Assembly (NCBI GenBank): GCA_016840085.1 | Contig: JAEOTA010000055.1 | Location: 31,356 to 95,355, forward strand | DNA length: 64,000 nucleotides | Source of the DNA: Promethearchaeota archaeon | Lineage (GTDB): Archaea; Asgardarchaeota; Lokiarchaeia; Sigyniarchaeales; SOKP01 | Reading direction: 5' to 3' | Part shown: in pieces, positions 40,637 to 50,462 of the stretch | How the letters are laid out: each line of letters begins with the position of its first letter | Numbering within the stretch: the first letter of the stretch is position 1 | Position numbers and translations under genes: made by a program | The notes under the pieces: model-generated | What the model was told of the DNA's origin: nothing | The model's database searches: none | The model's input: the letters and a program-made list of their open reading frames with translations, nothing else

Positions 40637-41101
40637 ATGGCAAATTTTAACCCTGAAAAACTACATGTGGTATATAAGGATTCTGTAGATACCGAGAGAT
40701 TAAGCATTCCCCGAAATTATACTTTAACTCATTCTGATTCAACTGGCGATTTATTCCTCACTATAGGACCTGAATATGATTATAAACAGATCTCACGTTT
40801 TTACACAAGATTGATGAGAGACGAAGTCTTAGCTGAGTGGCAACTTAATAATAAAAATTATGAACTACATCTTTATCTTCATGTTAGTGGAGGATTTGTA
40901 TTTGGATGGGCAAATTTCCGAGATAGAATATTTCGTTCTCATTTACCACTAGTTTTGAAGGCTATCATATATGGAGATAAATCAATTTTTAAATCCTTTC
41001 CAACTCTTAATGATTGTCCTATATATGTTCATTTTAACTCCAAAAATAAGAAATATAATAAAATGGAGAATTATGGTCAAATAAAAGAATTTCAATATTA
41101 A
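40637..41101 (+). CDS. Staygreen-family protein (SGR Mg-dechelatase homolog)
   Basis: PRNYTLTHSDSTGDLFLTIG, RDEVLAEW, HVSGG, IYGD, VHFNS. Confidence 0.9.
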   Translation: MANFNPEKLHVVYKDSVDTERLSIPRNYTLTHSDSTGDLFLTIGPEYDYKQISRFYTRLMRDEVLAEWQLNNKNYELHLYLHVSGGFVFGWANFRDRIFRSHLPLVLKAIIYGDKSIFKSFPTLNDCPIYVHFNSKNKKYNKMENYGQIKEFQY

Positions 41102-41213
41102 AAATTATAAATTCTTCATTTTATTAAGTTAATTTCAATAATATTTTAATCCGATTTGAATAATAAAATATTAGCATTAGGTACATAAAAGAATAATTTC
41201 ATTATTTAATAGC

Positions 41214-41819
41214 ATGAATCAAATAAGCAAGTTAGTGGAAAAAGGATATAATAAAATTGCCGAAGTTTATTATACTCACAGGGATTTAAATAAATTCAAT
41301 AGCGAACTAGAAAATTTTTCATCCCTTCTGTCTAAAAACGCGCACATATTAGACGTGGGTTGTGGTGCAGGAATTCCTACAGCAAAATTTTTAGTAGAAA
41401 AAGGATTCAAGGTAACAGGTATCGATTTATCTGATAAAATGGTTATCTTAGCTCGGAAGAATGTACCGAATGCTGACTTCATTAAAATGGATATTAATGA
41501 TATGAAATTTAAAGAAAACACATTTGATGGGATAGTAAGTGTATACACTCTTTTTCATATTCCAAAAAAAAGCCACTATTCAATATTCAGGAGGTTTTTT
41601 GAAATCTTAAAGCCAGGTGGAATTTTATTGATTAACACAGGAATATCTGAATCAGAAGGCACGAGTAACTTTTTTGGAGTTCCAATGTTTTGGAGTAATT
41701 TTAATCCAAAAACTACTCTAGAACTTGTAAGGGAAGTAAGATTCTATATAATCTTTGAAGGTGTGTTAGAAAGAGGTGGAGAATTACAATATTGGATTTA
41801 TGGGAAAAAAATTAATTAA
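41214..41819 (+). CDS. Class I SAM-dependent methyltransferase
   Basis: ILDVGCGAG, GIDLS, LKPGG. Confidence 0.92.
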   Translation: MNQISKLVEKGYNKIAEVYYTHRDLNKFNSELENFSSLLSKNAHILDVGCGAGIPTAKFLVEKGFKVTGIDLSDKMVILARKNVPNADFIKMDINDMKFKENTFDGIVSVYTLFHIPKKSHYSIFRRFFEILKPGGILLINTGISESEGTSNFFGVPMFWSNFNPKTTLELVREVRFYIIFEGVLERGGELQYWIYGKKIN

Positions 41820-41845
41820 AATTTAATGAACATAAGTATTGAATT

Positions 41846-42103
41846 ATGAATGATAAAGCAAATAAAAGATTCAATTCTGCTGAAAAAATTATTTTATTTA
41901 CTGGTATATTATTGATTGCATTGTCTTTTATAAGTGAATTTAATTTCCATTATATTCAAGGATTTATGCCAGATTTAGTAGATGAAGATATTTTCTGGAG
42001 AGCTGAAGCTGCTGAGGTTTTCAATTCCATGAGTTTTCTTATTTTAGGGTTATTATTAATTATCATTGCTTTTTTCCTTTCAAAAAAAAGGTTAAAAATC
42101 TAA
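41846..42103 (+). CDS. Small two-TM membrane protein
   Basis: 85 aa, two hydrophobic helices, basic C-terminus. Confidence 0.6.
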   Translation: MNDKANKRFNSAEKIILFTGILLIALSFISEFNFHYIQGFMPDLVDEDIFWRAEAAEVFNSMSFLILGLLLIIIAFFLSKKRLKI

Positions 42104-42135
42104 TTATAAAGAAGATATCTTAGTTTAAGGGTAAT

Positions 42136-42732
42136 TTATTCACTTTTTCTAAACTTTGGAAATAATGCTCCTGTTCTTTTTTGGTAATCTCGATAATCAT
42201 CACCAAATCTCCTAATAAGATCTTGTTCTTCATAATAAATCATAATTGGAAGATAAATTATAATATAAACTATTGTTAAGATGATTAAAAACCATGAATT
42301 TACTATGAATGCTATAGCAGTAAATAATGGGAATTCTCCAAGTGATTGCGGATGCCGAATGTAATTATAGATCCCTCCATACATTTGAGTTTCTTTTGAT
42401 GGTTGCAGCGCTTCTGAACCTGCATCCCTCAATCCCTTTAAAAGGATTGCTAAACAAGGAATTATAATTATTATCCCGATTAACATTCCAACTAAATAGT
42501 TTACATGAACTTTCCAATTAATTATGGGAATAGGGAACCAAATCCATATTATCATATTTACTACAATAAAAAATTCAAATAGACTTGCACTTACCCGTAA
42601 TTTCATACACTCCCTCCATGCTCGCTTACCTCTTTTTTTTTCTCTCTTTACTGGTTGAATGCTCAAAGTGTATAAATAACTAAACAGAAACAAGCTAATA
42701 ATTAGTGAAATAAAATTAAGCAATTCAATCAT
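42136..42732 (-). CDS. Isoprenylcysteine carboxylmethyltransferase/PEMT (Ste14) family
   Basis: GIYNYIRHPQ, EEQDLIRRFG, Y..YQKRTG..FP. Confidence 0.9.
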   Translation of the reverse strand: MIELLNFISLIISLFLFSYLYTLSIQPVKREKKRGKRAWRECMKLRVSASLFEFFIVVNMIIWIWFPIPIINWKVHVNYLVGMLIGIIIIIPCLAILLKGLRDAGSEALQPSKETQMYGGIYNYIRHPQSLGEFPLFTAIAFIVNSWFLIILTIVYIIIYLPIMIYYEEQDLIRRFGDDYRDYQKRTGALFPKFRKSE

Positions 42733-42995
42733 GAGAAAAAAATAGTACTACTTTCAGAATTAGTCATTTGAATAATGGAAGAAAGAAAAGCTTTTTGCTA
42801 ATTTAGAAGCAAATGCTTATAAAAAAACTAAAATGTAATAAAATTAACATTTTTTTCGGCAACTCATTGAATTGTTCTGCTATTCCTTTAAAAAATTCAA
42901 AAATCATTTTTCCTAACAAGATTTATATGTTCAATCAAACTAAATACTATAGAAAAATGCAATAATACTGCATAAAGTGACGTATAGAATATATC

Positions 42996-43493
42996 ATGTA
43001 TAATAACATAGAAGATCCTAATCCTGATTATGAAAATATGCTTAATAAATTATCAAATCAAATTAACGATTTATTTTCTAGACTTCACTATTATCAAGCT
43101 CTTGTTGCTGAAAAAGAGAATCAAATCACTCGATTAACTAATGAGATTAGTCAATTAAAAGCACTTATTCAAGAAATATCCCCCCAGCCACATCCACCAG
43201 CACCATCTTACTCTAGTCAACAATCTTACACCCCTCCAGCCCCTAAGCAACAAACAGCTCCTCCATCTTACCCAAGTCCACAATCATCCGCTCCCCCTGT
43301 AATAAAGCAAGAATTGACGTCTACATTCATTTCAGAGGAGGAGACTAGGATTAACAAAAGGAAATGCCCAAACTGTGGTGCGATGGGTTTTGCTATAAAA
43401 GAGGTTGATGATAAAAATAGAATTATTAGTTATACGCCAAGACGCATCTATGCTAAAAAAAGAGTGTGTACTAAGTGTAGGTTTGAGTTTTAA
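42996..43493 (+). CDS. Coiled-coil plus Pro-rich linker plus zinc-ribbon protein
   Basis: Heptad N-terminus, duplicated Pro/Ser/Gln segment, CPNC...CTKC. Confidence 0.75.
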   Translation: MYNNIEDPNPDYENMLNKLSNQINDLFSRLHYYQALVAEKENQITRLTNEISQLKALIQEISPQPHPPAPSYSSQQSYTPPAPKQQTAPPSYPSPQSSAPPVIKQELTSTFISEEETRINKRKCPNCGAMGFAIKEVDDKNRIISYTPRRIYAKKRVCTKCRFEF

Positions 43494-43620
43494 AAATTTT
43501 TTTTAGGTTTGGTGAGATTTCTAAATTCTTTACCTCTAATTTGGATTTACTATATACCTAGCTTATAATTATTGCTTTCCTCACGACTATAGATTTATAA
43601 ACCCTAAGTGATTACTAAGA

Positions 43621-44460
43621 ATGATGGAAGAATCTAATGAGAATTCTGCTGTTGCTGGAGACATTATGACACCTCATGTCATTATGTTAGATACTAACTC
43701 TACATTTAAAAACGTAATTGAATTATTACATAAAAACGATATTTCGGCTGTTTTTATTGAAGCCCCTTCTAAAGATGAATATTTTATCATAACTAAGACA
43801 GATATTATTAATTTTTTAAATAATCGTGGTATGAAAGAGCATAATCTTTCGGATATTTCAGTTAAGGAAATTATGAAAGGGCCAACAATTACATTAGACA
43901 TCGATACACCTATCGATACCATCATCCGATTCATGATTGAACATAATTTTAAGCGGGTGTTGATTTCTAAAAATAATAAGCCAGCCGGAGTTGTATCTAC
44001 TCGAGATATTATGAAATGGAATAACACCTATTTCAAACCAGCAAAACCTCAAATTTTACTCTTCATGGATGATATCAATAGCACGTTTATCGCAAAACAC
44101 ATCTATCAAGAAAATATCGGAGATGACGTACAACAGGAATTAATTGATATTTATGGAGGTGCAATAAGTTCTATATCGGCTATAACAGATGAAGTAATTA
44201 AAAGTTCGGGCACTATGCGCCAATTGCTAAAAGAAAAACGATCCATCCTTTTTGAGCCTTATAAGGGAATTACGGGAATTTTGATCAGTGATTATAACTC
44301 CATTGAATTGCGACGTAAATTGAAAATAGCCACCGAAAAATTTTATGAAACTTATTCAAATCTGATCGACGATAAACATAAAAAAGAGATGGGAGTTAAT
44401 GTTAATCTTGATATAAACTCATTGGTTCCTATCTTTGAAAAGGATAAAGATGAAGAATAA
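43621..44460 (+). CDS. CBS-pair (Bateman) domain fused to a longin/roadblock-like domain
   Basis: AGDIMT..IITKTDI / VKEIM..GVVSTRDI CBS pair; C-terminal YGGAISSISAITDEV...ILFE..GILIS...LRRKLK...F...Y. Confidence 0.7.
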   Translation: MMEESNENSAVAGDIMTPHVIMLDTNSTFKNVIELLHKNDISAVFIEAPSKDEYFIITKTDIINFLNNRGMKEHNLSDISVKEIMKGPTITLDIDTPIDTIIRFMIEHNFKRVLISKNNKPAGVVSTRDIMKWNNTYFKPAKPQILLFMDDINSTFIAKHIYQENIGDDVQQELIDIYGGAISSISAITDEVIKSSGTMRQLLKEKRSILFEPYKGITGILISDYNSIELRRKLKIATEKFYETYSNLIDDKHKKEMGVNVNLDINSLVPIFEKDKDEE

Positions 44461-44528
44461 TAAAATAGAATTATATTAATTCATAAAAAAGTGGAATTAT
44501 TTTTTTATCTATAGAGAGATTATTTTCT

Positions 44529-45659
44529 ATGTCAAGAGAATTAACTATTCGGGAGCGTATTTTAAATACATTCTCCCATAAAGCATTAGATAAAATAGTC
44601 TTTTCTCCTCGCCTTTATTACTGGTATCGGGGAAATAAACTATGGAAGAAACCACGAACAGATAAAAATTGTGCTGGAAAGATACCTAAATATATTCTAA
44701 AAAAAAGTATGCTCCAAATTTATGAATATCTTGAAGCGAGTCCTAGGTATGTAATAGAAGATTTTTTCATTCCTTTAATTTGGCCTAGAAAAAAAATGAG
44801 ATATGTCCGAGTTGGATGGGGATATGATAAACGAGATAGAACCCGAATTACAGTTTATAAAACCCGATTAGGAACATTATATAAAAAAAGTAGAGGGGGT
44901 CACCTTGTAGAATATCCGATTAAGTCGGTGCAGGATATAAAAATTATGAAATATATCATAAAGCATTCAAAATTCCATTTCTATTTACCTATGTTTAAAT
45001 TAGCGAAAAAAATAATTGGAGATAGAGGTATAGTATGTACATATTTTGCACGAAGTCCGTACATGCGATTAATAATAGAATATATGGGATTTGAACGTAC
45101 AATATTATTTTTAAAGAGATTTCCTAATGAGATACATGATTTAATGCAATTTATCGAAGATTGCGATGATGAGATGTTTAAAATTCTATGTCAATCCCCT
45201 ATTAAGATTTTAAACTTTGGTGAGAATATAGATGCTAATTTAGCACCACCAAGATATTTTGAAAAATATTTAATTCCTTATTATGAAAAAAGAGTGAAAC
45301 AATTACATAGGGTTGGAAAATTTTGCCACATTCATATGGACGGTTCTTTAAAAGATTTGCTTCCTTACTTAGAAGGATTACCATTTGATGGATTAGAAGC
45401 CCTTACTCCCAAACCTCAGGGTGATGTATCTCTAAATGAATTACAAGAATCAGTCGGTAATAAAATCTTGCTTGATGGAATTCCTGCTATACTTTTTTTA
45501 CCTCAATATTCTTTTAAATATGTTAGAGAATATACTTTTAAAGTGCTGGAAATGTTCTCTCCCAATTTGATTTTAGGAATTTCAGATGAATTACCTCCAA
45601 ACTCCGATTTTAGGAAGGTAGAGATGGTTGCAAGCATAGTAAAGAATTTTGAACCATAA
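44529..45659 (+). CDS. Uroporphyrinogen decarboxylase/MtaA-like TIM-barrel protein
   Basis: RSP, NFGENID, HIHMDG, EALTPKPQGD, LGISDE. Confidence 0.75.
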   Translation: MSRELTIRERILNTFSHKALDKIVFSPRLYYWYRGNKLWKKPRTDKNCAGKIPKYILKKSMLQIYEYLEASPRYVIEDFFIPLIWPRKKMRYVRVGWGYDKRDRTRITVYKTRLGTLYKKSRGGHLVEYPIKSVQDIKIMKYIIKHSKFHFYLPMFKLAKKIIGDRGIVCTYFARSPYMRLIIEYMGFERTILFLKRFPNEIHDLMQFIEDCDDEMFKILCQSPIKILNFGENIDANLAPPRYFEKYLIPYYEKRVKQLHRVGKFCHIHMDGSLKDLLPYLEGLPFDGLEALTPKPQGDVSLNELQESVGNKILLDGIPAILFLPQYSFKYVREYTFKVLEMFSPNLILGISDELPPNSDFRKVEMVASIVKNFEP

Positions 45660-45799
45660 AAGTTCCAATTATAATTATTGATTATTTGAAGAATGAAAGG
45701 AATCTTATGAAACTATTACTAATACTTAAAAATTATGATTGAATCCTTTTTTATATTACTTTTTAAAATTTTGTCAAGAAAAAAATAGGTGTTATATTT

Positions 45800-47161
45800 A
45801 TGACTCAAGATGAAATTATTCAAAGGGAAAAAAGCACCACAAAAAAGTTTTTGCTTTTTGCCATGCCAAAATACGGAACATCTGTTATGATGGGATTTGC
45901 AGATGTTGCCTTATTGACTCTTTATACTTTAGCTTATCAAATAACTCCTTTTCTTGTTGGTTTTGCTTTAGCAATGGGAAAACTTACTATTGCGGCATCT
46001 CAGTTCTTTTTTGGTTGGATAAGTGATGCGAAATATACACGATGGGGAAGAAGAAAACCTTACATGGTACTTATGACTCCTATTCTTGGATTATCCTTCA
46101 TATTTTTATTAATGCCAGGGTTATTAATAGATATTACCGATCTGACAGTCGTCTTTATTTGGTTATTAGTGGTTTATCAAATCTTTAATATTACTTATGC
46201 AGTTACCACAATATATGGAGCTTGGTTGGTAGAACAATTTAGGGTTGATGATCGACCAAAAGCGGCTCAATTCGAACAAACATTCGCATTTTTTGGAACA
46301 GCAACAATGGCAGTTTTTTCAATGTTAGTAGTACCAAGCCTTATAGATAAGATAAAAGCAGACCCATCTATTATTCCTCCAGATTATTTTTATAGTGTGA
46401 TGATATTTGGCTTGATACCAATAATATGTTATATTTTAGTGAGTATTTTAATACCCAAAGAACCCCCATTTAAGATAGAATTAACAGTAGTTCAATATTT
46501 AAAGGTTGTAATAAAAAATAAGAATTTCTTGCTAGTAACGCTAATGATAGGTATTGCTAGTTTAGCTTGGACACAGGTGGGTTCAGCAATTTTAGCGTTT
46601 CTAATAGAAGGGATACATTTTGATGAAACATCTTATATTATAACAGCAGTCATTTTCATCCTAGGGATATTGATATTCTTATATATATGGCGGAAATTGA
46701 TAAGTAAGATAGGAAAGAAACGTAGTCTTTTATATGATTTTCTAGCAGCTATTATTTTCCTTCCATTTACATTACTAGCCTTGGTTCCAATGGAAACAAC
46801 CCTTATTTATGGAATACTTTTTGTATTTGGTATTGCGGGGGTGATGGGTGGTTGGTACTTATTTCAATCCATTTTTATTGCAGATATTTCTGAAGATGAT
46901 GAAAAATCTACTGGAGAATTAAAAGCTGGAACTTATAAAGGTGTTCCTAGTATACCTCTAAATATTTTTCAAGCTATTGGATTACTTATCCTAGGTGGTA
47001 TATTAGAATTGCCAGAAATTACTGTAGGAACTTCGACCTTTTCCATTGGTTATGTATTATGGGGTCCAATATGCTCTGTAATATTAATCGCTGCATACTT
47101 ATATTCCAGGAAGTATATAAAACTTGATTTCGATTGGGAAAAGGAAATTGTAGGAAGATAA
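45800..47161 (+). CDS. MFS transporter, glycoside-pentoside-hexuronide (MelB-like) family
   Basis: GWISDAKYTRWGRRKPY, ADISEDDE...AGTY. Confidence 0.88.
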   Translation: MTQDEIIQREKSTTKKFLLFAMPKYGTSVMMGFADVALLTLYTLAYQITPFLVGFALAMGKLTIAASQFFFGWISDAKYTRWGRRKPYMVLMTPILGLSFIFLLMPGLLIDITDLTVVFIWLLVVYQIFNITYAVTTIYGAWLVEQFRVDDRPKAAQFEQTFAFFGTATMAVFSMLVVPSLIDKIKADPSIIPPDYFYSVMIFGLIPIICYILVSILIPKEPPFKIELTVVQYLKVVIKNKNFLLVTLMIGIASLAWTQVGSAILAFLIEGIHFDETSYIITAVIFILGILIFLYIWRKLISKIGKKRSLLYDFLAAIIFLPFTLLALVPMETTLIYGILFVFGIAGVMGGWYLFQSIFIADISEDDEKSTGELKAGTYKGVPSIPLNIFQAIGLLILGGILELPEITVGTSTFSIGYVLWGPICSVILIAAYLYSRKYIKLDFDWEKEIVGR

Positions 47162-47341
47162 TTATAATTAATAAATACCTTTTTTATCTTTTAAAATAAG
47201 TCCTATTTAAAATTCTCATATAATGATGCTTTGTATAATTTCCGTGAGTTTCCTTGCGTCGCTTCGCGTTTCCTTGATGCTTCATACTAATTGAGTAAAT
47301 AAAAAAATTTCTTTCACTTGAATTTCTTAATATCTACCTAA

Positions 47342-48175
47342 TTAATGATGTACCCTTTTAAACCACTCACGTACAACCCTGAATAACTCATCTGGTACCT
47401 CAATAAAGGGGAAATGGCCACACTTTTCAAAGACGTGTAGAGCAGAATTTGGGATATTATCATGCATGCGCTTGGCTTGTGATGGTGGACAAATAAAATC
47501 ATCTTTTCCTACCAAAATTAAAGTTGGTGCTTCAATTTTATTTAGCTGAGCTGTAACATTGAATTTTGGCATCAATTCATCATTGAGGGCAGCCACTTCA
47601 TGATTCATTATTATTTTATCAATCATTTTATATACCATATCTTTAATTTCAGAATTAAACTCATAAAAATATAAAGGCATCAAAGTTTTGAATTGATCTC
47701 TAAATCCTTCTGCAGAAGGTGCTACGGGAGCATTCAATGTAGCTATAATTTCTGGTGTTGGATTTTTGTTTTTTACATTAACCATTAATTCCCCCAGATA
47801 GTCAAAAGTAGGAGCTGTATCTAAGAGTATCAGATAACTAATGTTCTTTGGATACTGAATTGCGTATTGTAATGCAATATATCCCCCAGCAGAATTCCCA
47901 ATAACCCCAATTTTATCATACCCTAATACTTCACGTAGCTCATTAGCATCATCAGCAAGTTGTTCATATGTAATAGTATCGATTGAAGGCCTTCCAGAGC
48001 TTCCTTGACCTCTATGATCGTAAAAAATCAGTTTAAAGATATCACTTAACGGATCAAGGAAAGGTCGAAAATAGGTATGATCAAGTCCTAATCCTCCGTG
48101 CATAAGTAAAAAGGGTGTTCCCGAACCAAATTCGGTATAAAATAACTCTGTGTCATTAATCTTAGCAATAGTCAT
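47342..48175 (-). CDS. Alpha/beta hydrolase (proline iminopeptidase-like)
   Basis: HGGLG, DHRGQG, GNSAGG, GKDD, CGHFP. Confidence 0.9.
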   Translation of the reverse strand: MTIAKINDTELFYTEFGSGTPFLLMHGGLGLDHTYFRPFLDPLSDIFKLIFYDHRGQGSSGRPSIDTITYEQLADDANELREVLGYDKIGVIGNSAGGYIALQYAIQYPKNISYLILLDTAPTFDYLGELMVNVKNKNPTPEIIATLNAPVAPSAEGFRDQFKTLMPLYFYEFNSEIKDMVYKMIDKIIMNHEVAALNDELMPKFNVTAQLNKIEAPTLILVGKDDFICPPSQAKRMHDNIPNSALHVFEKCGHFPFIEVPDELFRVVREWFKRVHH

Positions 48176-48568
48176 TTTTTCACCTAAGGTTCAATAATTT
48201 TTAAGTTTAATTGTTAAACATTCAAATTGAATATTCGTATAAATCTTCTTTATGCTATTAAATATTATCTTAAAATGGTATTTTATTATATGAAAAATCT
48301 TATGGAATTAATTCACTTTTCTTGGAAAAATTAGTTCCTCTATACTATGATCACTTGATTTGGTATAAAAATTTATTTAATCAATCAGAATATATTTCAT
48401 CATCGAACTGAAAAGAATTATGATATTTTTTAAGATATTATGATTTTCTACTCAAAGACTAAATTTTTATAATTTATTTTCTATAATAACAAATTATTTG
48501 AGATTTTCGTAAATAATATTTATTAATAGCAAAGATTTTTAGATTCAATAAAGCTTAAACTGGTTAAA

Positions 48569-49414
48569 ATGGAAAAAGAAGAATTATTACATTGTTTAAA
48601 TTGTGGCAAAAAGATTGCTGTAGAAAATAAGACTGGTAATAACTTTTGTGCTGAATGTGTATTGGGTTTAAATTTTCAAATTACTGATTTAAACCATAAA
48701 GAAATAGATCTTTATCTCCAGAAAATATTAGATTTTTTCATTTCAGACGTAAATGTTGCTTTTAACAAGGATCCTGCAGCAAAGTCTCTTATTGAGGTGT
48801 TAACAAGTTACCCTGGGATAAAAGCAATTCTCTTATATCGTATTGCGCATTTTTTTTGGAAGATGGGAATGCCATTTATCCCGAGATATATATCTGAGAT
48901 TGCCAGAGAGTTAACAGGTATAGAAATTCACCCCGGTGCTGAGATCGGAAGTGATTTCTTTATAGACCATGGAACGGGCTGCGTTATTGGTGAAACTACG
49001 GAAATTGGGAATAATGTTACTTTATTTTCAGGAGTAGTTTTAGGAGGTACTAATATCGAGCCTGTAAAAAGACATCCTACCTTAGGTAATAATATTGTTG
49101 TAGGTACTGGAGCAAAAATTCTTGGGCCAATTACTATTGGAGATAATGTAAAAGTTGGAGCAAATTCTGTAGTAGTTACCAATGTACCTCCAAATTCAGT
49201 CGTAGTGGGTGTACCTGGTAAGGTTGTTACAAGAGAGGGTGAAAAAATCGAAAAAATAGATTTGCGTCATGGTGATTTACCTGATCCCCTCACACTTACA
49301 ATACAAATTTTGGATAAACGAATAAAAGAATTAGAAAGCAAGATTTTAACCAAAGGGGAAAAGAAAAAAGAAGATATTGAAATTAATTTTGGGGAATACG
49401 GAGATGGAATTTAG
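48569..49414 (+). CDS. cysE: Serine O-acetyltransferase with N-terminal zinc ribbon
   Basis: DPAA, YPG, TGIEIHPGA, FIDHG, KRHPT hexapeptide repeats; adjacent to cysK. Confidence 0.95.
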   Translation: MEKEELLHCLNCGKKIAVENKTGNNFCAECVLGLNFQITDLNHKEIDLYLQKILDFFISDVNVAFNKDPAAKSLIEVLTSYPGIKAILLYRIAHFFWKMGMPFIPRYISEIARELTGIEIHPGAEIGSDFFIDHGTGCVIGETTEIGNNVTLFSGVVLGGTNIEPVKRHPTLGNNIVVGTGAKILGPITIGDNVKVGANSVVVTNVPPNSVVVGVPGKVVTREGEKIEKIDLRHGDLPDPLTLTIQILDKRIKELESKILTKGEKKKEDIEINFGEYGDGI

Positions 49415-49454
49415 AATCCATTATAAAAATTCTTAAAAATGACGTGTTAAGTAT

Positions 49455-50381
49455 ATGGGAGTATATAATAATATAATTGAAACAATAGGCAAAACTCCGT
49501 TAGTGAAATTGAATAGAATTGCTGAAAATATAGAGGCTTCTATTTATGCAAAATTGGAGTATTTTAATCCTGGGGGTAGTGTGAAAGATAGGATAGCAAT
49601 GTCTATGATTGAAAAAGCGGAGGAAGAAGGATTGATAACTCAAGATACTATAATTGTAGAACCAACATCTGGAAATACGGGAATAGGATTAGCCCTTGTT
49701 TGTGCTGCTAAAGGATACCAATTAATCCTTACAATGCCCGATAGCATGTCTATGGAAAGACGGCAAATTTTGAAAGCATATGGTGCGGAAATAGAATTAA
49801 TCCCCGCTTCGGGAGGTATGAAAGCTGCTATTGAAAAAGCAGAAGATTTATCGAAACAGAAAGGGAACGTATTCATTCCACAACAGTTTAAAAATTTCGC
49901 TAATCCTGATATTCATCGAAGGACTACTGCTAAGGAAATTTTTAACGATTTGGCAGGCCAAGTTGATGGTTTTGTAGCAGGTGTAGGAACAGGTGGAACG
50001 ATTACGGGAGTTGGTGAAATTTTAAAAGATACAGTTGGTGCGAGATTAAAAGTTTACGCTGTAGAACCTAAAGATTCACCGGTATTATCTGGAGGAACTC
50101 CAGGCGCTCACAAAATCCAAGGAATTGGCGCAGGATTCATTCCAGATGTATTAAATCAGGAAGTTATCGATAAGGTAATAAGAGTAGAATATGAAGATGC
50201 ACTTGCTACTGCAAGAAAACTGGCACGATTGGAAGGCATTTTCGTGGGAATATCTTCTGGAGCAAATGCCTGGGCTGCCTTGTATGATGCTTCAAACGAT
50301 TTTGAAAAAGGAGAAAATATCGTTGTACTTTTACCAGATACAGGAGAAAGATATCTCACAACAGAATTGTACAAAATCTAA
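49455..50381 (+). CDS. cysK: Cysteine synthase A
   Basis: [36 protein letters not shown]. Confidence 0.96.
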   Translation: MGVYNNIIETIGKTPLVKLNRIAENIEASIYAKLEYFNPGGSVKDRIAMSMIEKAEEEGLITQDTIIVEPTSGNTGIGLALVCAAKGYQLILTMPDSMSMERRQILKAYGAEIELIPASGGMKAAIEKAEDLSKQKGNVFIPQQFKNFANPDIHRRTTAKEIFNDLAGQVDGFVAGVGTGGTITGVGEILKDTVGARLKVYAVEPKDSPVLSGGTPGAHKIQGIGAGFIPDVLNQEVIDKVIRVEYEDALATARKLARLEGIFVGISSGANAWAALYDASNDFEKGENIVVLLPDTGERYLTTELYKI

Positions 50382-50462
50382 GGCAAATTGTGAAATAAGT
50401 TCTATTCTCAAAAATAGTTATAATTCGAATACTCAGAAAAATTAACGTGCAATTTGTTAAAT

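Noticed and set aside
47223-47294. Box C/D sRNA reading (ATGATG...GTGA...TTGATG...TTGA)
   Set aside because: No canonical CTGA D box and the spacing is atypical; kept only as an unexplained repeat
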